A stretch of DNA of 64,000 nt, taken from Heteronotia binoei. Taxonomy: Eukaryota. The translations under genes were made by a program, and so were the position numbers. The notes under the pieces were generated by a model, which was not told the origin of the DNA, searched no databases, and worked only from the letters and a program-made list of their open reading frames with translations. The stretch covers positions 17,980,001 through 18,044,000 of the forward strand of contig NC_083237.1 of NCBI RefSeq assembly GCF_032191835.1, given 5' to 3'. Below, piece after piece: positions 1 to 12,684 of the stretch. The number at the start of each line of letters is the position of its first letter. Position 1 is the first letter of the stretch.

Positions 1-222
1 TTTCATTAGGACTGTATGTGTGTTGTGTGATTTTATATCCTTGTATGTTTGCTTTATTCCATAATAAACCTTTTTATATTATATTATATTGTCTTGTTAT
101 TGGGTAAGTTCCAAAGCAGACACCTTCTCTATAAACAAGTTTTTGATCTTGCTAAAAGGCAGATTGCCCTCCACTATAAATTCCCCAAAATCCTATTTTT
201 AGGGCTATTTGCTTAACAACAC

Positions 223-505
223 TAGAAGCCCTCCCACTATTCCTCCCCCACCACACACACACACAAGCACCAAAAATACAGAGCATCACTTGCCCCAGAC
301 AGTGAGTTCCATCAATATGCTGCGGCTAACAGCCACTGATGGATCTCTGCTCCATAGGTTTATCCAATCCCCTCTTGAAGCTGTCTATGTTTGTAGCTGC
401 CACCACATCCTGTGGCAGTGAATTCCATTGGTTATTCACCCTTTGGGTGAAGAAGTACCTCCTTTTATCCATTCTAACCGGAGTGCTCAGCAATTTCATT
501 GAATT
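223..505 (-). mobile_element. CR1 LINE 3' fragment
   Basis: Minus-strand translation DKRRYFFTQRVNNQWNSLPQDVVAATNIDSFKRGLDK is the typical CR1 ORF2 C-terminus. Similar copies occur elsewhere in the window. Confidence 0.85.
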
Positions 506-675
506 TGATTGTGCTTGCTTCATACTGTTTGCTAGGTCCTCAGTCACTGATTTAACGTTACGAAAGTCAATTCGTGTATTGCAGAACGACTGAGATTCTG
601 AAAGATTTGAGTCCAGTAACACCCTAGAGAAGAACATGTGTTTCAGCTCAAAGCTCCCTTTGTGAATGGAGATCT

Positions 676-945
676 CTGAGACTGATTTCACATTATGCTT
701 GTTCTGGGGTGGAGAGCCCTTTTGCTACCAGGGCTTTGCTCCGTTTTCACACAAGTTGCCCCAGAGGAGCAAGTTGGCACGCCGCTATTCCGCAGCAAGC
801 GGGATACGCTGACAAGTGGTTTCCACTTGCTGCAGAATAGCGGCATGACAAATCGTAGCTCTGGGGCAGCTTGTGTGAAAATGGAGCGAAGTCCCGGTAG
901 CAAAAGGGCTCTCCATCCCAGAACAAGCGTAGTGCGAAATCGGTC
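676..945. mobile_element. Palindromic MITE (PIF/Harbinger-like)
   Basis: About 676-775 is the reverse complement of about 858-945 with a few mismatches (ggagagcccttttgctacc... / ...ggtagcaaaagggctctcc). Ends resemble the MITE at 20905. Confidence 0.7.
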
Positions 946-1216
946 TGAGTCTTTTTATCTCAGTCAAAGGGGAGCTGCAAAGAATGCCGTTTAACAGATC
1001 CTATGGGATAATGCATACTGTAGTCAGCCTGATTAGAGCAGAGAGAAAATGCTCAGGGGCAGAAAAAGAGGAAACACAACAAGATAAGAATCCTCTGCAA
1101 GATAAGGACCCTCTGTCCCTCTTTGGCCTGGTGGGTCCCTTGTTCAGAACTTGTGAATGAACTCAGGTTCTCTTCTGCAAGTTTGCTTCCATTACTCGAT
1201 ACCGGAATGCTGCAAA

Positions 1217-1410
1217 CAGTGTTCCCTCTCCGCTGAGTTAGTGTGAGCCAGCTCACGGTTTTTTAGCCTGTGGCTCACACATTTTTGTCGTAGCTCAGGA
1301 AAAATGCCCCCAAAGCAAACTCATTGACGCAGCAGCTCACAATTTTAACGACAGGAGCTCACAAATTAGAATTTTTGCTCACAAGACTCCACAGCTTAGA
1401 GGGAGTGTTG
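1217..1410. mobile_element. MITE (cagtgttccctct terminus); inverted second copy at 31076-31269
   Basis: Two reverse-complementary copies in the window; short imperfect terminal inverted repeats (TIRs). Confidence 0.6.
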
Positions 1411-2331
1411 GTTGCAAGCTGCCATTGTTCGTGGCTTTTTTTTTTTCTGGTCTTGCCTATATGTATTATTTTTTTGGTTGGCATTTATCATAACAGGTGC
1501 ATGAGACGCCGCCTCGGTATTGATGGACATCTCTCTCTTTTTGCCATCAAGTCACAGCTGACTTACATGGACCCCCATAAGGTTTTCAAGGCAAAAGACC
1601 TCCAAAGGCTGCTTCCTATTGCCTTCCTCTGCATCGCAATCTTGGACTCTTTGGAAGGTCTCCCATCTAAGCACTAAGTAGGGCTGACCCCATGTAGCCC
1701 CTGAAATCTGACAAGGTCAAGCTAGCCTGGGCCACCCAGGCCAAGGCACACATGCCTGTGGTGGTGAAAATTGCCCACAAGTCACAGCCAATTGGGGGTT
1801 TTCAAGGCAGGTGACCTTCAGAGGTGGCTTACCGTTGCCTGCCTCTGTGCAGTGACCCTGAACTTCCTTGGCAGCCTCCCACCCCAATTTCCATCAGGGC
1901 TGATCCTGTTTAACTTCTGAGATCTGATGAGGCTCATCTGGACATCTAAACTCTTTAAAACGTGGATGTGACTGAAAAGTAAGCTTATGCCAAGGATTTT
2001 AGTTGGGTTTGAATTGTATCGTACAGGGTGACATCATAAAGAGTGCAAAGTTCCTGGTAACACTGGAGGTCTCCCAAAGAGGAAAACAGAAAATGTTAGT
2101 GTTGGGAGGAGTTCAGCCTTGGTGGTTATGCATCCCCCAACATTGCCTGGGATAATTTGCAGGCTCCATCTCTGAGCCTGATTAACATATCTCAGGGATC
2201 TCAGTGTAGATGCAGCACTGAATTGGTACACAACAGCTTCAGATGCACGAACGTAGTTTTTGGAGCCAGCCTGAAAACAGGAAGGAGACTGAGAGAGAGT
2301 GGACTGAGCAAACCATGTGAAGGGAAAGGTG

Positions 2332-2640
2332 AAGAACACAAGAAAAGCCCTGCTGGATCAGACCAATGGTCCACCTAGTCCAGCATCCCATCTCACACAG
2401 TGGCCAACCAGTTCCTCTGGACGGCCAACAACAGGGCATAGAGGTTGAGCCTTTTGGCTCTGGGATTCAAAGGATTAGTACGTCTGCATGTGGAGGTTCC
2501 CCTCAGTCACTATGGCTAGTAGCCATTGACAGACTTATTCTCCATGATTCTGACTCACCCCCTTTTAAAACTGTTTTAAATTCCTGAGGCCATCACTACA
2601 TCCTCTGGCAGCAAAATCTACAACTCTGTGAAGAGTAGTA
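2332..2640 (-). mobile_element. CR1 3' end fragment (degenerate)
   Basis: Contains the ctggatcagaccaatggtccacctagtccagc tail motif shared with the CR1 copies at 15552 and 63120. Confidence 0.65.
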
Positions 2641-3494
2641 TTTCCCTTCTGTTCTTCCCAGGTTCTCCTAGCAAGGGGGAAGAGACTAGGGAAGATCAGT
2701 GGAGGAGGAAGGAGAGGGAAGAGAAAAAGAGGCCAGGGGAGAGGGGCAACAGTCACTTACCTGTTGTAGCCTTCAAATGACTGGCAGAGCCTTCTAGCAA
2801 AAGAAGACCTCTTGAGCTTCCTTGCTATATTGCCTCTGGCCCTTGGAGAGCCTGGGGTGAGGACCCAGAGGTCCCTGGTGATCAGCTCCTTCTATCAATC
2901 TCCAAGGCTCTTATTAAAAAGTTTGCATAAAACTAATTTTCCATTCCTCTTCAACTTTAAGGTTTTGATGAACAACATGGGATGAGCAAACCCATTTTGC
3001 ATTTGATTTCCTGTGTGCTTGTGGGAGAGTCCTCTCCAACTCCATCCCAGATGCTGGGGACATCAAGGAGGGAGGTTTCTATCCTGGAGGGTCTGGCAGA
3101 GAAAGAAGGTCAAGCTACCTCCAGCTCCATGGAATGTATTATTTTTAATTGTAACTTGGTTGGATTTTAACTTGGTTATATTATTATTGCAAGGTCACAT
3201 CTTTATTTTATTTTGAGAGATAATGAGACATGTTCAGTCTCCAGTATCTCCAGTTAAAAAACCAGGCAGTAGGTGATGTGAACAGACCTCTGCTTGAGAC
3301 TGTGGAGAGCCGCTGCCAGTCTGAGTAGACAATACTGACCTTGAGAGACCAAGGGTGTGATTCAGCATAAGGCAGCTTCATGTGTTCAATAACAACGCAT
3401 GAACAAGGTCCCATCCAACTGGCAATTCTGTAGTCAATATGATGGTGTCACAGTGTCATGTAGCCAGCAGATTTGTCTACATGCTGCTCCTTCA

Positions 3495-3643
3495 AAGTCC
3501 ATTCAGAGTGAGGACAGTGCTTCATGCCCTCACACTGAGTGGGAGATAAGTCCATTGAGTGAGGGCAGTGCTTCATGCCCGCACACCGAGTAGGACACAA
3601 GTCCATTCAAAGTGAGGGCAATGCTTTATGCCAACACACTGAG
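3495..3643. repeat. Minisatellite, 3 copies of a ~51-53 bp unit
   Basis: aagtccattc..agtgagg.cagtgcttcatgccc.cacac.gagt is repeated three times. Confidence 0.85.
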
Positions 3644-5131
3644 TTGTCAGATTTATATATGTGATAACACCATGGCACCAATAGCAGAACCTATATACAT
3701 TTGCCTTTTTCAGTGTCCCCAAAAGACAACTGCCTGGCATGCCTATCCTGCCCCTGACGCCACAGGATGTCCCTGAGTGTGTGTGATGTTTTGAGGCAAT
3801 GGACAAAACAGAAAACATTCTGTAGACAGTCACTATCTCTCCAAAAATCTAGGAAATCTAGGAAATGATTGTGTGACTTGGGCCTAACTATGCTGGATTT
3901 TTTACAAATGTTTTACTCATCTCTTCTCCTTCATCTAGAGAGGGGTCAATCCCGCCCCCCAGTCAAAATATTCTCTGGTTCCTCCCAATTGTAGTTTCTC
4001 CGCCCTGTGCCCTGGAATTTGTCCTGCTATAGAGAAGTTCCAGGCAGCTGAGGCAGAGACACCCTCCTGCCATCTGTCTTCCTCAGGGGACCTCATTAAG
4101 AACCCAGGGTTCAGCGCTCAGTGCAGACAACCAGTCAGTGCAGACGACCTCTGGAGGCAGACAGGAGACAGAGAGAGGGAAGGCCTCGAGCTGGACCCAA
4201 ATCCAGAAGGAAGCGATCCCCAGACGAAGCAAGAGAGATGCTACTTCACTTCAGGGCCCCTCCAGGCAGAGGGGTTTGGAAGCATCAGTGGAATGGCTTT
4301 GGCACCCTTGCTAGCAACATGGGGATTGGGATGGATGCAGGGCTTTTTTTTGAGCAGGAATGCACAGGAACGCAGTTCCGGCTAGCTTAGTGTCAGGGGG
4401 TGTGGCCTAATATGCAAATGAGTTCCTGCTGGGCCTTTTCTACAAAAAAAGCCCTGGATGGATGATCCCACACACAGAGCTGTCCATCCAAAAGGGTGAA
4501 ATCAGAGCTGTAGCTCTGTTCCCCCAGCCAGCTGTGCCAATCACCACCCCTGCTTCAAAGTCTCTTTCCCTTTTTTTTTTTTTCATTTCTAGTTTGCAAA
4601 TCCAAATCGACCACAGGGGGAAATCTGCCACTAAGAGACCAATGTCTGTAAAACAAGAAATACATCTCTTACATGGCAAATGCTTAGTCGAAATGGCACA
4701 GAGTCAAGTACAAGTTCCCTTCTCTTTTCTCCTTAGACACATTCCCCTTATGGACCCTTCTCCTCCTGAGGGACAAGCATCACTGAAGGCTGTTTCAGCA
4801 GCTGCTGATTTTGAAGTATTATCCTAACCAGGGTTTTTTTTAGCAGGAACACACAGAAACACAGTTCTGACTGGCTTGGCATCAAGGGTGTGGCCTAATA
4901 TGCAAATGAGTTCCTGCTGGACTTTTCTACAAAAAGCCCCATCTGAAACCATGGTGACAGCAGTGGGTGTGGCCTAATATGTAAATGAGTTCCTGCTGGG
5001 CTTTTCCTACAAAAAGAAGCCCTGTAAACCAACAGCTAAGGTTTCTATTTGCAAGGAAAGCCAGGCTGTTGGGTCACATTCCATGCAGCCCAGCTGAGAG
5101 TTGTTGTCGTTGGGCTGATTTTCAGCTGTTA

Positions 5132-5617
5132 TTGTTGTTGTTGTTCAATTACACAGTCGAGTCTGACTCTTTGTGACCCCATGGACCAAGTCATGCCAGG
5201 CCCTTTTGTCTTCCACCATCCTCCAAAGTCCATTCAAATTCATGTTAGTTACATCAGTAATGCTGTCCAGTCATCTCCTCTTTTGCCGTCCCCTTTTTCT
5301 TTTGCCTTCTGTCTTTCCCAGCATCAGCATCTTCTCCAGGGAGTGCTCCCTTCTCATTTGGTGGTCAAAGTATTTGAGCTTCAGCTTCAGCATCTGACCT
5401 TCCAGTGAACAGTCTGGGTTGATTTCCCTTAGGACTGACTGATTTGATCTTCTTGCAGTCCAAGGGACTCTCAAGATTCTTCTCGAGCATCACATCTCAA
5501 AAGCATCTATTCTTCTGCGCTCGGCCTTCCTTGTCCAGCTCTCACATCCATACATTACTACTGGGGATACCATCGCTTTGACTATAAGGACTTTTGTTGG
5601 CATGGTGATGTCTCTAC
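5132..5617 (-). mobile_element. BovB (RTE) LINE 3' fragment
   Basis: Translation MRVPWTARRSNQSVLREINPDCSLEGQMLKLKLKYFDHQMRREHSLEKMLMLGKTEGKRKRGRQ is the BovB/RTE ORF end; (CAA)n tail at about 5132-5145. Confidence 0.9.
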
Positions 5618-5824
5618 ATTTTTTTTTTTTAAACCTTGATTTTCAGACCCAACACCAAATCTATGCTTTGTTTCCTCACCAATATCACAACCCTTCAATC
5701 CTATCCCAAGTGGGGTGGAACTTGGAGACAGTCATGTAGGACTAGTTGGCACAGACTAAGACATACCAAGATGAACTAATTGCCATGTTCTGTGGCCTGT
5801 CAGATACACATCACCCTCATTTGT

Positions 5825-6030
5825 GTCATATCTGGGGGAACCAGGTTCAATTCCCCACTCCTCCACTTGCAGCTGCTGGAATGGCCTTGAGTAAGCCATA
5901 GCTCTCGCAAAGTTGTCCTTGAAAGGGCAGCTTCTGTGAGAGCTCTCTCAGCCCCATCTACCGCACAGGGTGTCTGTTGTGGGGGTGGGGAGGTAAAGGA
6001 GATTGTAAGCCACTCTGAGACTCTGAGGGT
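5825..6030 (+). mobile_element. Squam3-like SINE (partial)
   Basis: ttccccactcctccacttgcagctgctggaatgg...cagccccatctaccgcacagggtgtctgttgtgggg body shared with at least 8 other copies. Confidence 0.75.
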
Positions 6031-6559
6031 GGTTTCACAAAGGAGATTTGCCCCTCCCAACCCCCATCCCCCATTCGGATTAAAAGTGCATGATCACACC
6101 AGCACATCTGTCCTCCGAGCTGCACCCATACCCACCCTGTCTCCAGATGTCTCCTATCCGCATCAAAAAGCTACCTGGATTTTCCCGGTACCATATCCCT
6201 GAATTGGACGTAGGTCACATAATCGGCTGCTGTTTAAATGCTCTGGGGCGACTCATAAGCGGAAGAGCTGTGTGATCGCGCCAAGCTGTTTCCAGCAAAG
6301 TCAGGGGTTTCCCCTCCAACTCCTCTCAGATGTGCACTTGTGCACTTCTCCGATTAAGTGCACACATAGGGGCCTTTTTTTTTTAAAGACAACCCTTTAA
6401 ACCATAGATTTCTGGATGAATCCTAGAGCAGTGTGCCAACATGATGAAAACCACTTCCCAGCTTTGCACTGGGAATAATGTTGCATATCGGTGTGACACT
6501 AAAGAGCTCCTCCTATTTTTTCCACTGTTGAGTAGTGATGGAGAATGAGGCCTAGGTCA

Positions 6560-7280
6560 TAAGGCTGCCAATCCCCAGTTGGGGGCAGGAGATCTCTCAG
6601 TTTGGAGGCCCTCCCCCCACTTCAGGGTCATCAGAAAGCAGGGTGGGGGGAGGGAAATGTCTGCTGGGCACTCCATGATTCCCTTTGGAGACCAATTCCC
6701 TTAGGGTATAATGGATAATTGATCTGTGGATATCTGGGGCTCTGAGGGGCTGTTTTTTGAGTTTGAGGCACCAGAGTTTCAGCATAGTATCCAATGCTTC
6801 TCCCCAAAATACTCCTCAAGTTTCAAAAAAATTGGACCAGGGGATCCAATTCTATGAGCTCCCCTCCCCCCAAAAAGTGCCCCTATCCTTCATTCTCTGG
6901 AGCACTCCCTAGAGAAGATCCTGATGCTTGGAAAGACAGAAGGCAAAAGAAGAAGGGGATGGCAAAAGATGAGATGGCTGGACAGTATTACTGATGTAAC
7001 AAACACGAATTTGAGCAGACTTCGGAGGATGGTAGAAGACAGGAGGGCCTGGGGTGACTTTGTCCACGAGGTTGCAAAGAGTCAGACTCAACTGTGCGAC
7101 TGAACAATAACAAAATCCTTCATTATTTCCAATGGAAGAAAGGGATTAAAAAGGTGTGTGGTCCCTTTAAATGTGATGGCCAGAACTCCCTTTGGAGTTC
7201 AACTGTGCTTGTCACAACCTTGCTTCTGGCTCCAGCCCTAAAGTCCCCAGATATTTCTAGAATTGGACTTGGCAACCCTA
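6560..7280. mobile_element. hAT-like MITE (tagggttgcca-type TIR) interrupted by BovB
   Basis: Termini taaggctgcca...tggcaacccta; the internal sequence matches the copies at 11864, 25561 and 34788. Confidence 0.7.
6895..7114 (+). mobile_element. BovB 3' end, 5'-truncated, with 10-bp TSD
   Basis: Reads ccctagagaagatcctgatgcttggaaagacagaaggc...gactgaacaataacaaa, flanked by ATCCTTCATT at 6885-6894 and 7115-7124. Confidence 0.85.
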
Positions 7281-7714
7281 TTGAGGACCTGAAAATGGGA
7301 AAGAAATATGTAAGAACATGTCCACTGCTATTCCTTGTCAGCACAGAAACCTGGGATTGGTTAGATCATGACAGGACTCCTCTGCCAGTAGAATGGCACT
7401 TGTAGTTCAAACCATGCTCAAGATTCCCATGGAACCTCAGTCACCAAAGTCTTCTGTGCAGACCAGCAGGACAGCTTTAGAAATGTGTTTTGCAAGCCCA
7501 ACATGTCAGATGTGGGCAGAATAGCTATTCTGCAGACAGGTGATCAGTACACCTGTTCACTTCTTTGACTGCTTCATGTGGAAGATGGTAGAAATGTTCG
7601 GCCTAATGACTTTACTTTATACCATTTTTCTTCTTCAGTTTAACAAGGCAACATTTGCATGAGTGAAAAGTATGATTCTAGCATGCCTAGCTTGGTCAAC
7701 ATAGGGGCACATTA

Positions 7715-8556
7715 TAGGGTTACCAAGTCCAATTCAAGAAATATCTGGGAACTTTGGGGGTGGAGCCAGGAGACTTTGGGAGTGGAGCCAGGAGACACTG
7801 GGGCGGAGCCAGGAGCAAGGGTGTGACAAGCATAACTGAACTCCGAAGGGAGTTCTGGCCATCACATTTAAAGGGACGGCACACCTTTTCAATTCCTTCC
7901 TTCCGTAGGAAATAATGAAGGATAGGGGCACCTTCTTTTGGGGCGCGGCCGAAGGGGGCTCGGAGCCCAGCCCAGCCCAGATGCCCCCTCCTCTCCGCGG
8001 GAGCCACCGGAGGGGGGGGAGCAAGGCCAAAAGCGGCCAGCCCGGCCAGCCAGCCTGCCGCCCCACAGTGCCCCGCCGCCCCTGCCACTCACCGGGCCAT
8101 GTTCTCTCTGGCGGCACCACGACGCACACTGCCCACATCCCCTCCACCCTAGCCCCAGGCCAGCTGCTGCTGCCAGTCATTGGCCGCCCGCCCGCTCAGC
8201 CCCTCGGGGGGCCAGCCCAGCCCAGCCAGGCAGCATAGCAGCTGGCTTCAGAAAGTAGCATAGCAACTTCAGAAAGGGGGTGGCCAGGTCAGCCGCTGAA
8301 GGGGGCTTGGAGCCCAGCCCGGCCCAGACACCCCCTCCTCCCCGTGGGAACCGCTGAAGGGGGGGGAGCAAGGCCAAAAGCGACCAGAGGGCGGCCAGCC
8401 CGGGACAATCGCTGCGGTCCCGCCGCCCCTGCCACTTACCGGGCCACGCTCCTTGGCACCGTTTCCCCCTCCCCCCGCTTCCGTTTTTTTGGGGAGCGGG
8501 GGAAGAGGCTGGAAATCCTGGGGTCCCCCGCCAGGGCGGGAGGGTTGGGAAACCTA
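7715..8556. mobile_element. Non-autonomous hAT element with GC-rich core
   Basis: TIRs tagggttacca / tgggaaaccta; 8-bp TSD GCACATTA at 7707-7714 and 8557-8564. Confidence 0.85.
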
Positions 8557-8589
8557 GCACATTATCAGCTTCTGGTGCTATACTTAATG

Positions 8590-8990
8590 CTATGGGCAGG
8601 GGTTGTTTTTTTAGAAAGATAGGTGGTGGAGCTCATTAGCATAACTCATTAGTATATGCCACCACCACCCCAACAGCCCAAAGCAACCTGAAGCAAGAAA
8701 GGAGAGCCCCGGGTGAGTAAGGTCTGCTTGGACTGGCTAAAGATTCAGCTAGCCCAAGCAGGCCTCACTCACCTGAGGCTCTCCTTGGCTGCCCCCCCAG
8801 GTCAAAAGGCCAGCCCAAAATCACATAAGAAGGGCTGGCTGCCTACTCTTCAAATCCAGGGATTGTTATGCAGCTGCACCTACTATTCAATGGACAAAAT
8901 AGGTGAGAGGGAGGAGAGGGAACCCTCAGAAAGGTTCAGGAGCTGAGCTCCTGTGAGATCCTGCTGAATTCAAGGCCTGGCTATGGAGCT
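8590..8990. mobile_element. Interspersed repeat, likely a non-autonomous DNA transposon; inverted copy at ~63630-64000
   Basis: ggtgagtaaggtctgcttggactggct...gaaaggttcaggagctg matches the reverse complement of the window end. Confidence 0.55.
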
Positions 8991-9502
8991 TCTTCACAGA
9001 TTACACATGAAAGTTCCTAACAAAATGGCTCATAGGATTGAACGGAACAGCATTAACTTTCCTGTTGTATTGTGTGAGTTTACTATAAATACTCTTCATT
9101 GTTAGGAGCTTGTGGGGTATATTCTATATCTCTGCTTACATTGGTAAAGATTTAAGGCAAGTTGTGTTGAATAAAGAGAAGTGAAGTACAGGTGATTTAA
9201 GAACTCACCATCCTTGATAATGGATGACTTAGCAAGTTACCACAGAGAAACTACAGCATTGCAATCTCATTAGTCTAACAGACGACTTTGGATCATTTGG
9301 ATTTCTTTTCCCCCATTATATAGGTTAAATTCTTCCAAGTCCTTATGAGTTGAAGGCATGTGATTGATCTATCTAGCCCTAAAGTTCTATGAAATAAAAA
9401 GTTACTACAGAATTATTTATAATTTACTTCAGTACTAAACAGTCCACAAAATTATACAATAAACCAAACCATCATAATATATTACTGCCTCTGATTTTAT
9501 TT

Positions 9503-10438
9503 TCACTTGTTCCTCCTAAGTTTATATTTCCTGAGCATTCTGAACATAGCAACTTTGACCTCCTTGTTCCTCAAGGTGTAGATCATGGGATTCATCAAGG
9601 GAAAGACCACAGTGTGGAAGAATCCCACCAACTTGTCAAAGGGGAAGTCCCAGAAAGGATGACAGTAAATGTAAATGGCAGGACAGAACATGATGAAGAC
9701 GATGATAATGTGGGTGACGCAAGTGGAGGCAGCTTTGCTCTTCCCTTGGCTGGAGCCCATCTTCACCTTGATAAGCAGGGCACCATAGGAGATGAGGAGG
9801 AGAATGAAGCACGCGGTGGTGACCAGGCCACTGTTAATAAACATGGCATACTCCAAGGAGTAGGTGTTGATACAGGCTAACCTGATAATCTGGGTAACAT
9901 CACAGAAGAAGTTATCCAATTCATTTGGACCACAGAACGGAAGTTGGAGGATGAGAGCAATCTGGATCATAGAGTGTATGAAGCCTCCACACCATGCACA
10001 TAATACCAACACCCAGCAGACGGCTCTGGTCACCATGGTTGCATAGTGTAAAGGGTGGCAGATGGCCACATACCGGTCAATAGCCATAGCTATGAGTAGG
10101 AAAAACTCAGCCCCGCCCAGGAAATGGATGAAAAACATCTGAGCCATGCAGCCTTGATAGGAGATAGTTTTTTGTTCATTGAAGAGGTTGGCCATCATGT
10201 TTGGAGGGGTAACAGCGCTGTAGCAAATATCCATGATGGCCAAATTGGCCAAGAAGAAAAACATGGGGGACTCTAAGTGGACATCAGTCCTAATTGTTAC
10301 AATGATGAGGATATTCCCAGGTAAGATGATGACATATAATATTAGGAGGAGAGCAGACATGAACAGCTGCAGTTCCCAGTTCCATGCTAATGCCCGGAGA
10401 ACGAACTCGTTTACCACAGTGAAATTCTTGTGTTCCAT
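9503..10438 (-). CDS. OR4N-like: Olfactory receptor, family 4 (OR4N-like), 311 aa
   Basis: Seven TM segments; motifs N-x-T, GN, MAIDRYVAICHPLHY, LPFCGPNELDNFFCD, KAASTC..H, PLMNPMIYTLRNKEV. IILPGNILII and FHTVVFP resemble the recalled OR4N sequences. Confidence 0.93.
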   Translation of the reverse strand: MEHKNFTVVNEFVLRALAWNWELQLFMSALLLILYVIILPGNILIIVTIRTDVHLESPMFFFLANLAIMDICYSAVTPPNMMANLFNEQKTISYQGCMAQMFFIHFLGGAEFFLLIAMAIDRYVAICHPLHYATMVTRAVCWVLVLCAWCGGFIHSMIQIALILQLPFCGPNELDNFFCDVTQIIRLACINTYSLEYAMFINSGLVTTACFILLLISYGALLIKVKMGSSQGKSKAASTCVTHIIIVFIMFCPAIYIYCHPFWDFPFDKLVGFFHTVVFPLMNPMIYTLRNKEVKVAMFRMLRKYKLRRNK

Positions 10439-10595
10439 CTTGGACTGAGTAGCCTTGCAACTAAATAATACCAGAGCTGTAAAGTATTAAGAAATCTTTT
10501 CTTCTCTGTTGACACATCGTTATATAGCCAATGAAAGGATAAATAACCCAGAAAAGAGTGATTGAATGGTGTCAGCTTAGATTGATGGTTTAAGA

Positions 10596-10932
10596 TGGGG
10601 GTGTCAAACATGCAGCCCGTGGGATGGATCAGGCCTCCAGAGGGGTCCTATCAGGCCCACGAGTACATTAAAAGTAGGTTTGCAACTTATGGATACAAAC
10701 ATGAACAACACCTGAACAGCATACTCAGGATTGCTATAGCACAGAAACAGTCTCCAGTTTTTGATGCAGTAATTCAGAACAAGAGGTGCCACTTATCACA
10801 GACCATTAAATAAACAAAATATTGCAAGAGTGCTAATGGCCCGGCCCAACAAGGTCTCAATTATGTCAGTCTGACCCTCATAACAAATTATGTCAGATCT
10901 GGCCCTCGTAACAAATGAGTGTGGCACCCCTG
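10596..10932. mobile_element. hAT-Charlie-like MITE
   Basis: Termini tgggggtgtcaaac...gtggcacccctg; 8-bp TSD GTTTAAGA at 10588-10595 and 10933-10940. Confidence 0.85.
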
Positions 10933-11863
10933 GTTTAAGATATCTCTGGACCAACTAAGCTTACCTTTGTTGGTGGAAAAGTCCATGAAGTCCACCTGAC
11001 TTATAGCAACCCCATGGGTTTTTCAAGACAAGAGACAGACGTGGTGGCTTGCCATTGCTTGCCTCTGCCTGGCAGCCCTGGACTTCTTTGGCGGTTTCCC
11101 ATCCAAATACTAACCAGGACCAACCCTGCTTAGTTTCTGAGATCTGACAAGATTGGGCTACCCTGAGCAGTCAAGAACAGGCTGGATTTATCGCTATCAT
11201 TTACGAAATGTTTCATACCTAGTGGCTGAAGTCGGGACCTCTTTGTGTGAACTAGTTTTGATATTCCAGAACGTCAGCTTCTGCAAAGGCTCTTTAAAGG
11301 TGGTCCGTTCACCCCAAATCATAGGCCTGACTATGAATCCAGAATTGAACCTAGATTTATGGAATGGAATAGAAAACATGAATCACACATAGTGGTTACA
11401 TTTCACAGTACATAATAGATCTACTTGAATTATAACTCATCGCTAGGCCACACAAACCAGTTCCCATGGAAAAAATGGATGCTTTAGAGGGTGGATGCTA
11501 CAGCACTGAAGCCCGTCCCATCCCTAAACCTCACCTTCCACAGGCTTCAGATCTCCAGGAATTTCTCAACCCATAGTTGGCAACCGTATTCCAGGACCAT
11601 GAGCTTGGCAACCAACTCTTAAGAGAAGCCGAGCACAGAAAGTTTGCTATATTCAGTTTTTGAAATGCTTATCGCAAGCACAGACAGATCAGTCAAGGAA
11701 TTATGAAAGGGAAATACAGATTAGAAATAAAGGCAAAGTTTATTTTCTAACTAACTAAAAAACTGGCAAAGATGCTCTGGTCTTTATGCCTTCCCTGCAA
11801 GGTAGGCCAAGCATCCTACAGCCCTTAGCCAAAGCTGATGAAGGTCCCTTTCTGGATGGTCCT

Positions 11864-12288
11864 TAGGATTGCCAGGTCCAATTCAAGAAATATTCAGGGA
11901 CTTTGGGGGTGGAGCCAGGAGAAACTGAGGATGGAGCCAAGAGCAAGGTTGTGACAAGCATAATTGAATTCTAAAGGGAGTTTGGGCATTTAAGGGACTG
12001 CACACCTTTTAAATGCCCTCCCTCCATTGGAAATAATGAAGGATAGGGGCACCTTCTTTGGGGGCTCATAGCGTTGGACTCCTTGGTCCAATCTTTTTGG
12101 AACTTGGAGGGTGCTTTGAGGAGAGGCACCAGATGCTATGCTGCACATTTGGTGCCTCTACCTCAAAAAACAGCCCCCACAACAGCCCCAAATACCCATG
12201 GATCAATTCTCCATTATACCCTATGGGAATCGGGGAGGGCCTCCAAACCAGGGGATCCCCTGCCCCCACCTAGGCATTGGCAACCCTA
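11864..12288. mobile_element. hAT-like MITE (tagggttgcca family)
   Basis: TIRs taggattgcca / tggcaacccta; homologous to 6560, 25561 and 34788. Confidence 0.75.
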
Positions 12289-12684
12289 CCAGTCCTTATT
12301 TCAGAGGCTCAGCAGGAAGGAGGACGTTAATCTTTGACCAGTTAGAAAGTGAGGGGCTTATGCAAATGTCCTCCCCCCACCCCAGAAAAAGATCCAAGGC
12401 AGTGAACTATGTCATCCAGCACTTTGAGACTGTGCACAGGCCAAGGAGCAGGCTGCAGAAGAGGTGCAGGGGCTGAGAAAGTCTGTTGGGCTTGTGCACC
12501 AGATGGGAAAATCTCATCAAGTATAGAGAGGTTTTCCAAGCCCCAGATCCCAAGAACTACCTGTCAGGCAGGCTATTTAGACAACATTTTGGGGGTCAGA
12601 TCCATGAAATTTAAGTGACTCGAGCCAGGTCCTTACATGGAAGAAATCTCAAAAGAGGACTGCTTTTCTTCTATGGTTGTCAAC

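Noticed and set aside
3495-3643. Repeat array as a CRISPR-like or functional structure
   Set aside because: Three contiguous diverged units with no spacers; an ordinary minisatellite in a eukaryotic genome.
7720-8622. Cluster of overlapping Pro/Gly/Ala-rich ORFs
   Set aside because: Almost all of this cluster lies within a TSD-bounded GC-rich hAT element, where stop codons are expected to be rare.
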